DNA of 59,735 bases from Chiloscyllium plagiosum (GCF_004010195.1 NC_057717.1:27685580-27745314); one strand, 5' to 3'. Counted from the stretch's first letter, positions 25,730-40,105 are shown. Notes: generated by a model from the sequence alone, not told the origin. Numbers and translations are program-made.

Positions 25730-26805
25730 GTTTCACTGTTGTCCTTTAGTAAAGAAATCTAGCATTATTATCGGGTCTGGATTAAGGCTGACGTCAGACC
25801 CACTGCCTTAAGGAATGGCCTCACAGTAAAAAGCATTTAGTGAGGTCAACACATGCTGCCCTTGCCAGTGGTGCAGACATCCCATATAATAACAACAGAA
25901 AAGGTTGAAAAAAAAAACAAAGAATGATGCTAGAGAGCAGAAACAAAATGAACAAGGAAGTGCCAGAGAAACTGAACAGATTTGGCAGCCTCAGGTCGAG
26001 AAACAATTAGAAGTGACATTTCGAGTCCAATCGCCATACATCAGAACTGTACGTAGCTGGGAAATAGAGTGTTTGATGTTGGTTACAGGGATGTCTTTTG
26101 TGAAGGGGAGAAGGAATGAGTTGAATAGATAGAGAAAGAGAGAGATCGAGAGAAAGAAACAAACAGAGGGATTAATGATGATCAGCTGGAATGGAAATAA
26201 AAATCCAGATCAATCTTATTTATTTTTCTCCTGTTCCCATATTGGTGAAATTCATCCCCATGTAAGGTATACATCAAAGTTTCGGTTTGAAGTGAGTTAT
26301 GTCCCTTTGTCTTTCTTTCCTGAGTGCGATCTTCTTTTATTCATTAATAGGATGCTGGCTCGGTGTTTAATTCCCTTTCCTCATTGTCCTTGAAAATGTG
26401 TTGGTGAGCTGCCTTCCTGACCCACTACTGTCTGTGGGCTGTAAGTAGTCAGTGCTGAGGTCCGCCCGGTTTCATTTCTTTGAGAATTTGGAGTGAGGGA
26501 CATAACTGAATGGCTGGCTTGGCTATTTCAAACTGCAACTATGTGTTAACCACTGTGCTGTGGATCTGGAGACACATGTTAGCCCGAGCAGGTGAAGATG
26601 GTAGATTTTCTTCCCTTGAGGGCATGAGTGTGCCAGGTAGGACAAACACAATCGTTTCATTGATTCATTTGATTCTAAATTCCTGATATTTTATTGAATG
26701 CAAATTCCAACATTTACCGTGGTGAGATTCGATTCCGGGGTCTGGGTCATCACCTGGGTCCCTGTGTTAATATTCCAGAGATAATACAGCCAGGCCATCG
26801 CCTCC
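25730..26805. mobile_element. Old DeuSINE/SacSINE1-like fragments
   Basis: 25730-25890 resembles a Deu-domain/3' part; 26690-26805 on the minus strand has a tRNA-like head (ggaggcgatggcct...gaatcgaatctcacc). Recognised from memory only. Confidence 0.45.
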
Positions 26806-28079
26806 TCAGCATCTTCAACCAGCTCCAATGGCAATAGTGGTGTTGCTGTTGGCGCGGCTGTGCTTAAAGCAAAGCGCTTTGCAAGGCAACCAAAGGATTT
26901 GGCAAAACATACCATCCTTTTCATTTTGTATTTATGAAAAAGCGAGATGATGGGAAATGCTGTTAGTGAAACGGAGCTGGATGTCCTTGGTCATGAGCCA
27001 CTGACAGAATTCATACGGAACAGTAAGTCATCAGCACAGTAAATTTATAGTGTCCTTCATTGCAAAATGATGGATGTATAAGAGTGAAGACCTTACTGAA
27101 GTTATAGAGTGATATTGAGACAGAAGTTGGGGCGCTGTGAACAGATTTTCTCTCCTTTATGAGGAATGATCTGCTTGCCACAATGAGACAGATTAAAGGT
27201 GTTACACAAGACTAATCCCTGCGGTGAATTTACCATGAGGAGATTGTGAAGGAAATGAGTTTTTAATTTGTAATGCGACAAAAGAATAAAAAGTGATTGC
27301 AAGAAAACTTGAGCGTTATAGATCAACGTTCATTATTTACAAAACAAAACATCGATATCGTGAAATATGACGTGTTTTCCACAGTATATGTTTTCACATT
27401 CGGACAAACATGTGATAAGAAAGGTTTAGAAGGATATGGGCCAATTGCAGGGAAATGAAGTTTGCATGGATTGACATTTTCGTCGGAATGGACCAGTTTG
27501 CGCTAAACGGTTTACATGTCTTTGTGGAGCAACCATATTAGTTGAGTGAGAGCTCCAGGTTCCGAACAAACTCTCACGTCTGTATGTTCAGTTGGAGTGA
27601 GACCCTACACTAAGCATCATGTTGTTCACAACCATGTCAGCAGCCACACTCTCACAGGGTTGGCCATTCTCAAAAGCTTCTGACCGCCATGCAGAAGACG
27701 AGCCTGTTTTCTCGGAAATGGAAAATGCCTCCTTGAGACGTGGCACAAACCATCCGCTGTGCCTCCTTACCACCAGAAAACCACATTAATGTAACACGCG
27801 TGAAACATTAGCAATGGAGCCAGGAGACACAACATGGAGCAGTCTGTCTGTGCAGTCTCTGCTTCATTGGTTTGTCGTGTTGCAGTATCAATGACATACT
27901 ACTATTTCAGTGTAACATTTTGGAGGAGCAGAATGGCCTCTTCTGTTCGTGTGTCAGTGTCTCGAGGGGCTGAATGTCCTCTTTCTCGTTCCAGGGAGGA
28001 GCTTCATTATTGGGGGACCCGTGGTAGCTGCTAACCAGCGTGTTGAGCTGACTAGATTCCTTATCTTCCTGTGTAACAA

Positions 28080-29320
28080 TAGACAAACAGGAGGCTGGAA
28101 GAAACAGCAAGCCAGGCAGCATCAGGAAGTGGAAAAGTCAACATTTCAGGTATAACTGTTGTTCAGGACTGCACGTGTGGGTAGGGAGAGCTGCAGATAA
28201 AGAGGGGAGGGAGTGGTTGACATGGGGGGAGCAGCACGATGGTGAGGTAGAGGATAGGTAGACACAAGTGGTGGGTGCAACCTGGTGGTCGATGGGAAGG
28301 ATGAATCCGGTTGGGAGCTGGAAGGCAGTGTCATTTGGTGGAATGTAAGGGAGGAGGCGGGGGGTGGAAAGGGAGTAGGGCCATGGCTGAGAAGGTTATT
28401 TCAAATTGGAGAACCCAATGTTGAGTCCCCCAGGCTATAGGGTAACCAGGCGGAAGGTAAGAGGTCGTTCCTCCAGTTTACTGTCTGACTCACTGTGGCA
28501 ACAGAAGAGGCCAAGGATGGTCATGTTGGAAAGGGATTGGGAAGGGGAAATGAAATGAGTGGTGACTGGGAGCTCAGGTCGACCCCTTTGGGCCCGGCTG
28601 TGATGCTCGGTGAAATGTGCCTCTAGTTTAAGTTGCTCTCCCCGATGTAGAATAGACCACATCAGGAGCACCTGATACAGTAAACTAGTTTGAAGGAGAG
28701 GCAGGTGACCTCTGTTTCATGTGGAAGGACTGTTTGGGGCCTTGGATGAGGTGAGGGAGGTGGTGTGCCAGCAGGTGATGCATTTTTGTCATCTGTAGAG
28801 TCAGTTGCCAGTGGGGTTGGTGGATTTGGTGGGGAGTGTGGCACGAACCAAAATTGATGAAGGAATCGGTCCTTGTGGAAGATGTGCCAGGTTGATGCGA
28901 TCCAACCTTGTTTACTGTATGTGGCACTCCTGATGTGGTCTTCTCTATATCGGGAGACTACATGTAAAGTAAGGGGAATATTTTTCTGAGCATCTCATTC
29001 GGGCCTGTAAGGGCTTATATGACCTCTCAGTCATGGCTTATTTCAATTCCCCCTCCCACTCCCTCTCCGACATGGTCATCCTTGACCTCCTCCATTGCCA
29101 CAACGAACCAAAGCACAAATTGGATAAACAACACTTCATACTCTACTAGTGTAGCCTACTGCCCGGGGGACTAAACAGTGAGTTCTCCAATTTCTAGTAA
29201 CCTCCTTTCCAATTCCCGACTCCCTTCCCAAACCCTCCTCCTTCCATTCCTCTGATCAACCCAAGTGTGGACCTCTTCTCCTGATGCTGCCTGGCTTGTT
29301 TTGTTCTTCCAGCCACCTAC
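28080..29320. mobile_element. Inverted pair of Penelope-like 3' fragments (GIY-YIG region)
   Basis: Minus-strand LVYCIRCS...EAHFTEH...THF (28435-28720) mirrored by a plus-strand copy at ~28900-29200; termini ~28085-28130 and ~29275-29315 are reverse complements. Confidence 0.75.
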
Positions 29321-30395
29321 ATTCCATCATTTGTAGTTTTTTTTTTTTAAATCTGTTCTTGTGCAATAGGTAAGAGAGAGAGAATGGGCTGTGCCTTTCT
29401 TATCCAATAGCTTCGATGGGCTGAATGGCGTTCTCATATTTCTGTGAAAACAGCTTGAGATGCTGAATGATCTCCTCCGTTTTAGTCCTGTGGAAAGGTT
29501 CAGGGTCCAGAAGTGCTGTTACATGAATTTGACCTGCACGTTAACAGCATGAGCTTGAATGTTGTCCAGGTTTTGATGCTTTATGCGATCTTTTCTGAGA
29601 ACCCTCACTTCTGATGGAATGATGGAGAGTAAGACGTTGCTGAAGCAGCTGAAGATGTTTGTTCAAGGAAGCTACCCAGTGAATGGCCCACAGAGATATC
29701 CAGGGACTGAGTGAAAATATCTGCACCAGCCACATGGTGTCCTGAATGGCCCAACCACTTGGGAATTTACAACTGATTCCAATTAGGTACAATTTTATTC
29801 AGTCTCCTTGACACCTTGTTCAGATATGTCCTGCTGTTATGTCTGGGCCAGTCACTCTGACGCTATGTTCCTATTTGTTATTCACGTCAAAGGCCAAGAT
29901 AAATGTATGGGGACTGTTTCCTTCTCTCAGAGGGTAGTGACTGGAGGGGCCTCTCTATCCCAGACAGCTACATCTCTGAAATGTTTGGGGGATCAGGATG
30001 GAGTTAATGGACTTTGACTCATCAGGGAGTTGTTGGCTACAACGAATTGGGAATAAAAGAGAAATTGCGGCCAAGGGAGATCAGCCCTGACTTTACTGAA
30101 GGGAAGGGCAGGCTTGACAGGCTATATAGACTGTATTATTACAATAAACCCCATAATCCAGTCACTTTGTTGCCTCTTCCATTTCCTGTGTTTCTGATTT
30201 CAAGTAGCTGAATGGACTGATACAGATGCTGCATGATTTAAACTGGATCTAGTTCTATCAATTCGGGGGCGGGGGGGGGGGGGGGGGGGGGCGGCTGATT
30301 GGTGTCCTCCTGTAACTGAATATCATGGTCCAGGAGCTGAAACGCCAAATTCTGTTCTGATGTAACTTACATCCATATAGAACAGATCTACCCTT

Positions 30396-30598
30396 GGAGA
30401 AAGTGAGCACTGCAGATGCTGGAGATCAGAGTTGAAAAGTGTGGCACTGGAAAAGCCCAGCTGGTCAGACAGCATCCGAGAAGCACGAGTATCGAAGGCT
30501 TGGACATTCCTGATGATGGGATTATGCCCAAAACGTGGATTCTCCTACTCTGGAATGCTGCCTGACCTGCTGTGCTTTTCCAACACCACACGTTTGGA
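30396..30598. mobile_element. Penelope-type terminal repeat in inverted arrangement with hammerhead-like core
   Basis: cctgatgatgggattatgcccaaaacgt at ~30509-30536; flanks are reverse-complementary (ggaaaagcccagctggtcagacagcatcc / gaatgctgcctgacctgctgtgcttttcc). Confidence 0.7.
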
Positions 30599-31849
30599 CG
30601 TCGACCGGCCAGCCTTTGTCAACCTTCCTGGTCACGTCATCAAAGAACTTTAACAAATTAGTCAGGCCTGAACTTTCACTCAAAAAGTCATGCTTACCAT
30701 TCTTAATCAAACCCTGTTTTCCCAATGCATGAGCATCTTATCCCTAGAATCTTTGAAGTAATTTACTGACCACAGATGTTAAGTTTACTGGTCTGTATTT
30801 CCCAGGTATTACTTTTCAGTCCATCATGAATAAGGGCACAACATTTGCTATCCTCCAGTCTTCTGGGATCTTACCTGTGGTAACTGGTGATCAGAATTAT
30901 CAGCCAGGGACGCCGCAAATTCTTCTCCACCCACTTGCAGTGTTCTTGGATATATCTGGTAAGGACCATGAGATTTATCCAACTTCAAACAATCTAGTAC
31001 ATCCAATGCCTCCTCTAATGTGATATAGACTTTTCCTAAGATATCACCACTAATTTCCCCAAATTCCGAAGTAGTCATGTCTTTATCCACCGTAAACATA
31101 GTGGAGAAGTATTTGTTGAGGACATTGCCAACCTCTTATGGTACTACACATACATATCCACGTTGGTCTTTGAGGCGAACTATTCACTCTCTAGTTAATG
31201 TTTTTCCTTTAACATACTTAAAATACCTCTTTGGATTCACCCTGATCTTCTCAGTCAAGGTTATCTTATACCCAATTTTCGCCCTCCTGATTTCCTTCTT
31301 CAGTAAACTCCTGCATCTCCTGTTCACCTTCAGGGATTCCGTTGATCCCAGCTGCCTGTACCTGAGCCACACTTCCACATTTTTTTTGGTCAAAGCCTAA
31401 ACATCTCTTGTCATCCAGGGTTCCTCATTCCTATCATCTTTCCTTTCACCCTCACAGGAACATATTGATATTAAACTCCCAATTACCCGAGGTCCTTTGT
31501 TTATAACAGACTACTCAAACTAACCCCTGCAAACTCCTATATAAGTACATAAAAATTAAACTTGTCCCAATTTAGAACTTGAAACTGTGGACGAAAGTTT
31601 TCCCTATCCATAATTATTTTAAAATTAATAGAACAATGGTCACTGATCCCAAAGTGCACATCTACTCTCACCTCACTCACCTCTCAAGACCTATTTCTTA
31701 GTTCAAATGTTGCCCCTTCCCAATTAGGACCCCCGATATATTGCTTGAGGAAACTTTCCTGACGCACTTAATTGATTACATGTCATCAAATCCTTTAGTG
31801 CTCTGCCAGTTCCAGTCTGCGTTATGAAAATTAAAACCCCTATTATAAA

Positions 31850-32322
31850 ACATAGAATAGTACAGCACAGAACAGGCCCTTCAGCCCACAATGTTATGCC
31901 GACCATTGATCCTCATGTATGCACCCTCACATTTCTTTGACCATATGCATGCCCAACAGTCTCTTAAATGTTCCCAATGACCTTGCTTCCACAACTGTTG
32001 CTGGCAACGCATCCCATGTTCTCACAACTCTCTGTGTTAAGAAGCCGCCTCTGACATCCCCTCTATACTTTCCTCCAACCAGCTTAAAACTATGAACCCT
32101 CGTGTAAGCCATTTCTGCCCTGGGAAATAGACTCTGCTTATCGACTCTATCTATGCCTCTCATGATCTTGTATACCTCAATTAGGTCCCCTCTCCTCCTC
32201 CTTTTCTCCAATGATAGAAGTCCGAGCTCAGTCATCCTCTCTTCATAAGATAAGCCCTCCAGTCCAGGCAGCATCCTGGTAACCTCCTCTGAACCCTCTC
32301 CAAATAATCCACATCTTTCCTA
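31850..32322 (-). mobile_element. Younger CR1 3' end nested in older CR1
   Basis: ORF 31927-32274 MLPGLEGLSYEER...RRRRGDLIEVYKIMRG; catagaa tail. Confidence 0.92.
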
Positions 32323-32518
32323 TTATGACAACCCGAATGTTCCTCCAAGTCTCCCCAATCTCTCTACATATATGTGTTCCTGTAATTTCTGTTGCCTATT
32401 CTGGGGCCTATAGTACAACCCCAAAAATATCACCATCCCCTTTTTATATCTTAATTCCACCCACAAAACATCACTGGATGATCCATCAGTTATTTCATCT
32501 CTGATCACTGCTGTGATA

Positions 32519-32675
32519 GGAGGAGGAGAATCGATGTTTCGGGCATAAGCCCTTCTTCAGGCTTATGCCCGAAACGTCGATTCTCCTGTTCCCTGGATGC
32601 TGCCTGACCTGCTGCGCTTTTCCAGCAACACATTTCCAGCTCTGATCTCCAGCATCTGCAGACCTCACTTTCTCC
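32519..32675 (+). mobile_element. 157-bp Penelope-type insertion with 5' inversion and 14-bp target-site duplication
   Basis: TSD tcactgctgtgata at 32505-32518 and 32676-32689; 28-bp inverted arms at 32524-32551 and 32560-32587. Confidence 0.9.
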
Positions 32676-35044
32676 TCACTGCTGTGATACTCCACTTAAT
32701 CAGAAATGTAACTGCCCTCCCATCTTACCACCATAACTGTCCCTCTTAATGCATTTAACTCTGGTACATTAAGCTGTCAGTCCAATCTCTCCCTCAGCCA
32801 TGTTTCAGTAATAGCTAGACTATTCAGCGCCGATCACCTATCCACACCCTGAATTCATGAGCATTACCTGTCAGCCCTTTTGCATTGAAATAAATGAATT
32901 CCTTGTTCCCTAACGTGTTCCAACCTGATACGTCTCCTTAACGTACTATTTACGATTGCTGTATCTCCTTCTAGCCTAGCACTTGCCTTTCTTCTCTTGA
33001 GGATACCACCTCCTGCCAATCTCGTTTAAACACTCCCTTGTAGGACTAGCCAAACTGGCTGCAAAGATATTGGTCCCCCTTCGAGCGCATGTGCTACCAG
33101 TCCCTCTTGAACAGGTCAAGTCTGTCACAGAAAAGCTCCCAATAATCAAAATATATGAATCCATCCCGCTGCACCAATTCTTTAGTCACATATTTATCGG
33201 CCATATCCTCCTATTCGTACCTTCATTAGTTCATGACACTGGAAGTAATCAGGAGATTACCACTGTCGAGGTCCTATTTTTAACTTTTGTCCCAGATCTC
33301 AGTAATCATTCTGTAGAACCACATTCCTATGTCTACATGGGTTATTTGTGCCATTACACAAATTGACTTCTGGCTGCTCACCCTTCTCCTTGAGAATATG
33401 CAGCAGCCATTCAGAGACATCCTGGATCCTGACACCTGAGAGGCAACGCACCATCCTGGATTCCCGTTTAAGGCCGCAGAATATCTGATCTGTCCCCCTA
33501 ATAGTCGAATCTTCTATTCATAAGACCCTGTTTACCTTTATCCTTTCCTGCTGCTCCCCAGAGCCAGTCATAGTGCAACCAACCTGGCTACTACTGCTTT
33601 CCCCTGAACGGTTATTTCTAACACCCATCCCCCATCGGCCAATACACACAAAATCAGAATGCAAAATGGCATACATGTTTTCGAGTGGAATGGCCACAGG
33701 GGATTCCAGCACTCCTTGCCTACTCCCTTCGCCATTCCCTTTTTGAGCATGTGATCCCTACAGCCCCCAATCTGTTCTGTTACAGTTTCACTCACGAGTA
33801 ACGCCACTATGGCCAGGTCCTGTCTTTTTTGATAAAATCTGCCTCCCTCATCGAAATTATTTTTATTTTTCAAACTTTTTTCCTATTAGTCTTTTCCTTA
33901 TCAAGCTAAAAATGGTCACTGGGCCTGCCATGCCCTCCCAATCCTACCTGCAACATCTGATTGGCTTCATTCCCCACCATGAGGCCCAGCACTGCACCGC
34001 CCATTGTTGGATGTGCTACATGTTGATATAAGCAGCCCGCTGGAAGAAATGTCAAGCAGCTTTCCCCTCTTAAAAAATCACTGCCCTAATGAATCTTTGG
34101 AATTGAACTTTCTGAATATAATGATCCTATTTACACACCTAAGTGAATTGGTTATATATCCGTTCCTGCATTTTCTTTTATCTGGGGGTCTATAATATAT
34201 ACCTGTCATTGTTTTGATCCAAACCACAACCCACAAAGCGTCATTTGAAAACCTTTCCAAGATATCATCCGTCCTTACTGCTGTCCTTGACTCCATAACT
34301 AACAATGCAACACCACCTTCTCCTTTACCCCTCTTCTGTGCTGCCTATAGTTACTGTACAACAGAATATTGAGTTGGCAGCCCTGTCCTCCCTCATACAC
34401 ATCTATGTGATGGCAAAAATGTTCACTTCCCTATATCACCTCGTTCCCTTATCACATCAGTCGGTCGGATAATATTCCCAGCTTTAAGGAAAAGGACATA
34501 CAGCCTGGAATATGGCACCTAGAAAACTCGGATTTCTTCAGTCACTTACTGTTTGTTATCAAGCTCCTTTCCATGAACTAAAACTGCAACTCCAGGACTG
34601 AATGAACAATTATTGAATTTTAATTTCTTTTTTAGTTAATGTGTCAAATGCATCTTTTCAGAACTGAACATTTATCTGCACATACAATGAATTCCTGCTG
34701 GTTAATTTCCTGCTCAGTGTGCAGAGAGGTCAGCCCTCAGTAAGGAGATAGTGAGGACTGCAGTTGCTGGAGATCCGAGTCGAAACGTGTGGTGCTGATA
34801 AAGCGCAGCCGGCCAGGCAGCATCCGAGGAGTGGGAGAGTGAAAGCTTTGAGCATAAGCCATTCATCAGGAAGGCATTGGTGTGCTCACATGTTTTTCTA
34901 TTTCATGATTCACGGGGTATTTGGAACTGTACTTTCTCAGGAAGGCAGCACTGTATAGAGCCCTGAAATGGAAAGCAGTCAATCAGTTAATTGGACAGGG
35001 AGTAGAAAAAGTGAGGTCAAATACAGACTGATTGAAATACAAAC

Positions 35045-36582
35045 ATAATGATAGATAAGTCCCCTGTAGCAGAGAGGAAGCACCCGAGGTTTCCAGAGCA
35101 AGTGAGGGAGGAGTTTGCTGCACCTTTCGCGACGATCTTTCCGTCCCCACTGTCCACTGAATTATTGCCGGTGGCAAAAGTTATTCCCTTGTTCAGAAAA
35201 GGCAAGAGGGATAATCCTGCGAAATACAGACCGGTCAGTTTTACATCTGTATTGGGAAAAGTATTGGAGAGGATTCTAAAAGACAGAACTTATGATTACT
35301 TGGAAATTCAAAGTTTGATTAGAAATAGTCAGCATGGCTTTTTGAGGAACAAGTCATGCCTCACACAACTTATTGAATTCTTTCAGGAGGGGATGAAGCA
35401 CATTGATAAAGGTAGAGAAGTGGATATGATGTACATGTATTTTGGCAAGGTGGTCGAGAAGTTAACCTAAGATTGGCTCATTCAGAAGGTAAGGAGGCGT
35501 CGGATGCAGGGAAACAAGGAAATCTGTCTGTGTGGATACAGAATTGTCTGGCCCGTAGAAGACAGAGGATAGTAGTACATGGAAAATATTCAGCCTGGAG
35601 TTTGGTGACCAGTGATACTCTGCAGAAATCGGTTCTGGGACTGCTGTTCTTTGTGATTTTATTGAATAACTTGGATGATATAGTGAAAGTTCGTAGGTTT
35701 TACGATGTAACAAAGATTTTTGGAGTTAAGCATTGAGTGGAGGGTGGTTATAGGTATTAATGGGACATTGACGAGATGCAGAACTGGGCTGATATATGGC
35801 AGATGGAGTTCAACCTGGATAAATGTGAAGTGATTCATTTTGGAAGGTCGAATTTGAATGCAAAATACAGGGTTAAAGGCAGAAATGTTGGCTGCGTGGA
35901 AGAACATAGGGTTCATGTGGTCCATATCATAGGACGCTCAAAGCTGTCACCCAATTTGATAAGATTATTAAGACGGATGGTGTTTTCATTAGTTGGGAAT
36001 TGAGTTTAAAAGCCACGATGTTATGCTGCAGCACTAAAAAGCTCTGGTGAGACTATATTTAGAATATTGTGTTCAGTTCAAGTCGCCTCATTATTGGAAA
36101 GATATTGAGGCTTTGGAGAGGGTGCTAAGGAGATTTATCAGGATGCTGCCTGGAGTGGAGGGCATGTCTAACAAAGAAAAGATTAGGGAGCTAGTTCTTT
36201 TCTCCTTGGACCAATTAAGAATGGGAGGTGACTTGATCGACATGTACAAGATGATGAGAGGCATTGATAGAGTGGATAGCCACAGACTTCGTCACAATGG
36301 CTATCTTGAGCTGTCATAATTTTAAAGTGAAAGGAAGAAGGTTTGGGGGGATGTCAGAGTTAGGTTCTTTACACAGAGAGTGGTGGGTGCGTGGAATACA
36401 CTTCCAGCAGCGGTAATAGAGTCAACCTCATTAGGGATATTTAAGTGACTATTGGATAGGCGCATGAATGATAGTACAATGAAGAGTATGTCGGTTAGTC
36501 TGATCTTTGAGTAGGATAAAAGGTAGGCAGGACCTCAAGGGTTGAAGGGCCTGCTTTGTGCTGTGCTGTTCTGTGTTTTATG
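35045..36582 (+). mobile_element. Degraded CR1 LINE RT and 3' end
   Basis: KYRPVSFTSVLGKVLERI, SQHGF..KSCLTQLIEFF, WQMEFNLDKCEVIHFGR, LEYCVQF; tail at ~36570. Confidence 0.93.
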
Positions 36583-37639
36583 TTTCGCCCAGCTTGTGGA
36601 TTCTTATTAATTGTTGAATATGTGAGGGAGTGATGTGTGTGTGAGATCAGGAAACTGCGGAGGGGCGTTAGCCCAAAACTTCTAGTTATGTTATTCATTG
36701 TTACATTCACCTGAATGCCAGCACAGCATGTGTGGTGTCCTACACCAGGCAGGCTCCGCCAAGGTCAGTTATTTTAAAATTGATTCTTGGCTTGTCATTT
36801 GCTGTTGGTTTCTTCAGATACAATCTGTTGGGTGACCCATGTATTAATTAGACATTTGCTATGTTTCGTGAATTGGGCAAAAATAAGATGTCAGCTATGA
36901 TTTTTCAACTGAACTATAATCTCTGAAAACACATAAGTTGATTCTATATTTATGGACCTATAATATAAACTCCTGTCAAGATTTTCTAACACAACAATAA
37001 AGAATGTACATTTTATTTTATTTCGAACAAACAACATGGATGTAACTCTTTTGGCGATTAGAATTACATACACAATGTCAGGATTCAAAACAATGCATTG
37101 TCACTCCAACATTTTGAAAGTGGTTGGCTTCTGAATGATTACATGTTCAGGGTGAGTAAATGATTGAACAATCAAATAGAATTAGCGTTCTTATACTTTA
37201 TACATAATCAATCAGTTTAATTTCTCACTGAAATGTACAAGCTTCAGCTAATTGCCAGCGATTTAGAAATGGCTATAATTCAAAATGCACTTTGAATATT
37301 AACCTAAATAAATGATTTGTGTTATCAAATTTTAGTGAACATTATTTTTATTAAAAATCAATTTTTAGAAGGAATGACATTTAATATGAAATGTGGACAG
37401 TGAACAAAAATGCTGAATATATTATCATGTGAGTGATAGATCAGACCTTTTCAAAGAGATTTGTGCCAAAAAATGACAGATTTGTTTTAGTAATAATTAG
37501 ACTTCATAATGAAGCTGACCTTGTAATACTTGCATTTTAAATGCTTATGCTGCACCAAATAATCAGGTATTTGCGAGCATTTACAATGGGAAATAATCGA
37601 ATACTGACTTTTAATCACATCAGATACATGATAGAGTAC

Positions 37640-38020
37640 AAAACTTTAAGTACGGGAGGAGGCCATTTGTCACTGTGTGTGCATCAGCTCCAGTAATGTC
37701 TCACAAGCTCCTTCCATTTGCCAGCCCTATCTGCAGCCTGTTAAATTCATATTTCCAAATACAGATCAAATTCTCTTTTGATTCTTCATCCACAAGTCTC
37801 CCAGGCAGTCCATTCCAAAACCTAATAACTCTCTCAATAAAGACATTTTTCCTTATCTCATTCCTGGATCTTTTGCTGAAAATCTTGAAATTAGACATTA
37901 CTGATGCTATAATGTCAACTAGTGGAAACAGAGTAATCCTGTTTTACTCTGCAACATTTGTTCATAATTTTGAGCATCGTAATAAGTACACATCTTTGTC
38001 TATTCTGCTCCAGGAAGAAT
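37640..38020 (-). mobile_element. Old CR1 3' end
   Basis: IRKNVFIERVIRFWNGLP motif (37701-37898). Confidence 0.75.
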
Positions 38021-38490
38021 AAGCCTTGCAAGAACTGTAACAAACACTACATTGGACAAACAGGCAGAATACTAGCCACCTGGATACATCATCAACAACT
38101 AGCCAGAAAAAAAAATCATGACCCAATATTACTAGTATCCTTACATATGATGAGGAAGTATACCATTTTGAGTGGGTCTGCACTTCCATCTAGGACAAGC
38201 CAAACAGAGACACACACGAGAATTCCTAGACGAATGGCATTCCAATCGGAACTCCATCAAGAAACACATCGATTTTGATTTCAACTAACAATCTCTGAGA
38301 AAAAGAACAGGACATGAAATCACCAAAACTGGAAGTTACATTACTGACTCAAGGAAACCTAAACACTTAAATAGAAATTCGAAAAAACACTAACACTTCA
38401 CCGGACGCTCACTGATAATGTTCCCTAGTATAGTGACGAACCGTCTGATAATGAACTCTCCAACTCAGCGAACAAACTGACATCCAGAAG
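38021..38490 (+). mobile_element. Penelope-like element 3' end: GIY-YIG endonuclease remnant and terminal repeat
   Basis: PCKNCNKHYIGQTGRILATWIH (GIY-YIG second motif); degenerate hammerhead ctgataatgttccctagtatagtgacgaaccgtc at ~38412-38445. Confidence 0.88.
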
Positions 38491-39589
38491 AAACGCAATT
38501 TCCCGCATCATTTCTTTAACTAAATCCTTCATTCCAGTTATCATTCTGATTATTTATAAGGTTATTTGTATTCTTCTGCAAAGTAATGTGGTGTCTGTGT
38601 GTGTGTGAGAGAGAAAGAGACCGAACAATCCTCTTTTATCTCTGAATTACTCCCCGTGCCACTTTGAAAAGAGCTAAGGATTAGTAAGGCAGTATAGCTT
38701 AACATGTTAAAAAGCGAGTTCAGGGTAGATGTTTTCAGATTTTTGGATCATTGGACTTTCTTCTAGGACAAGTAGTACCTGTACAAAAAAGACAGGTTGC
38801 ATCTTAACTGGAGGAGCAGCAACATCCTTGTGGGGAGGTTTGCTAGTGCAAGTCGAATGGATTTAAACTAATAAAACAGGAATGTGGGAACCAAAGCAGC
38901 AGGTCAGAAACTGAGTAGAAGTTCGAGGTGAACAGGACATCAGGCACGGCCAGTCTAATGACCATGCTGAGGGAAGGAATCATATAAGTTCACATTGTGA
39001 GATGGAAGCTGGAATAAATATTAGAGAAGAGGTGCGGGTTTATCAGCGATTCACAAATAAGGATGAAGAGTGTGGGGTCTGTGAGGGATAGAGATGTGTG
39101 AGATCAGGCAGACATTGCACAAGAAAATATTAAAGGGGAAAGCGGTCGGGGAGGAGTGGGGTGGGGATTTCTGTGATGAACAACTGGGTCGAAAACACAG
39201 GAAAACTTGCTTTTTGTTAAAGTGAATATCTGGGAAGGAATTTATTATGCTTCAGAGAAATAGAGCCCTCAGAGCTAAAAGTCTGCATTATATTGAAGGA
39301 AAAGCTGTGTCCATGATATTTCTGTAGCGATAATAATGGTAGCACACAGGTGGAAAGATGCTCCTGCTGTTGTTGGTCGATGCTTACACTGAGCATGTGA
39401 ATTAGTTTGGATGTTCCCAGAGATGGGTCGGTTGCTGTAGGTTGAGTAAGTGCTGAAGCTGCATGAGATGATGTTGGTTTGTAATCTCACCACTTACTGA
39501 GTCCAAAGGAACAAAACAGCAACTGTCGTTGCTTATTGCTTAAGAATATATCAGAGTCTTCACGGCTGCCACCACAGAGAATCATGCAA

Positions 39590-40105
39590 CGAAGAAAAGG
39601 TCTATCACGTCTGCGCCAGCAAGTGCACATCCAAAGGCTTTGTAAACGTTTGTGAGGTTACCTCCCTCAACGACCCTCCTAGACAATGCATTCCAGATTC
39701 ATACCATCCTCCCAGTTCGAAAGACATTCCACAAATCCTCTCTCCATTCCATGCTTTTCACTTCAAAAATGCGTCCCTTTGTTTTTGATCCTTTGACTAC
39801 GGGAAGCAGCTTCTGTCTGTTCAGCCTCTCCATACCACTTATGCTCTTGTACACCTGTACCATATTCCCTCCTCAACCTTCCCTGCTGCAATGGAAAAAC
39901 GAGTAAATTTAGATCTCCCCATTCATAGTTTGAGTACTCACTTGTCTTGTTACTTCTGACGTGCATCATCCCACATTTATCTGTATTAAATTTCATCGCC
40001 CATTTATCTGGTTATCTGAATACTCTGTTTCTACCCTCCTGTAGCCTAACCATTTTCTCCTGACTGTGAGCCACCCAGCTCAGCTTTGTGTCATCCACAA
40101 CAGTG
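39590..40105 (-). mobile_element. Old CR1 fragments
   Basis: MKFNTDKC and QGRLR remnants, plus 3'UTR-like sequence. Confidence 0.65.

Larger units (their letters stand above)
30600..33560 (-). mobile_element. Old CR1 LINE (ORF1 end, endonuclease, RT 5' part) carrying nested insertions
   Basis: LWVELRYKKG..LGLYYRP, NPKRYFKYVKGK, DKSHGP..IYPRTL, LTNLLKFFDDVTRKVDKG; interrupted at 31850-32322 and 32519-32675. Confidence 0.88.
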
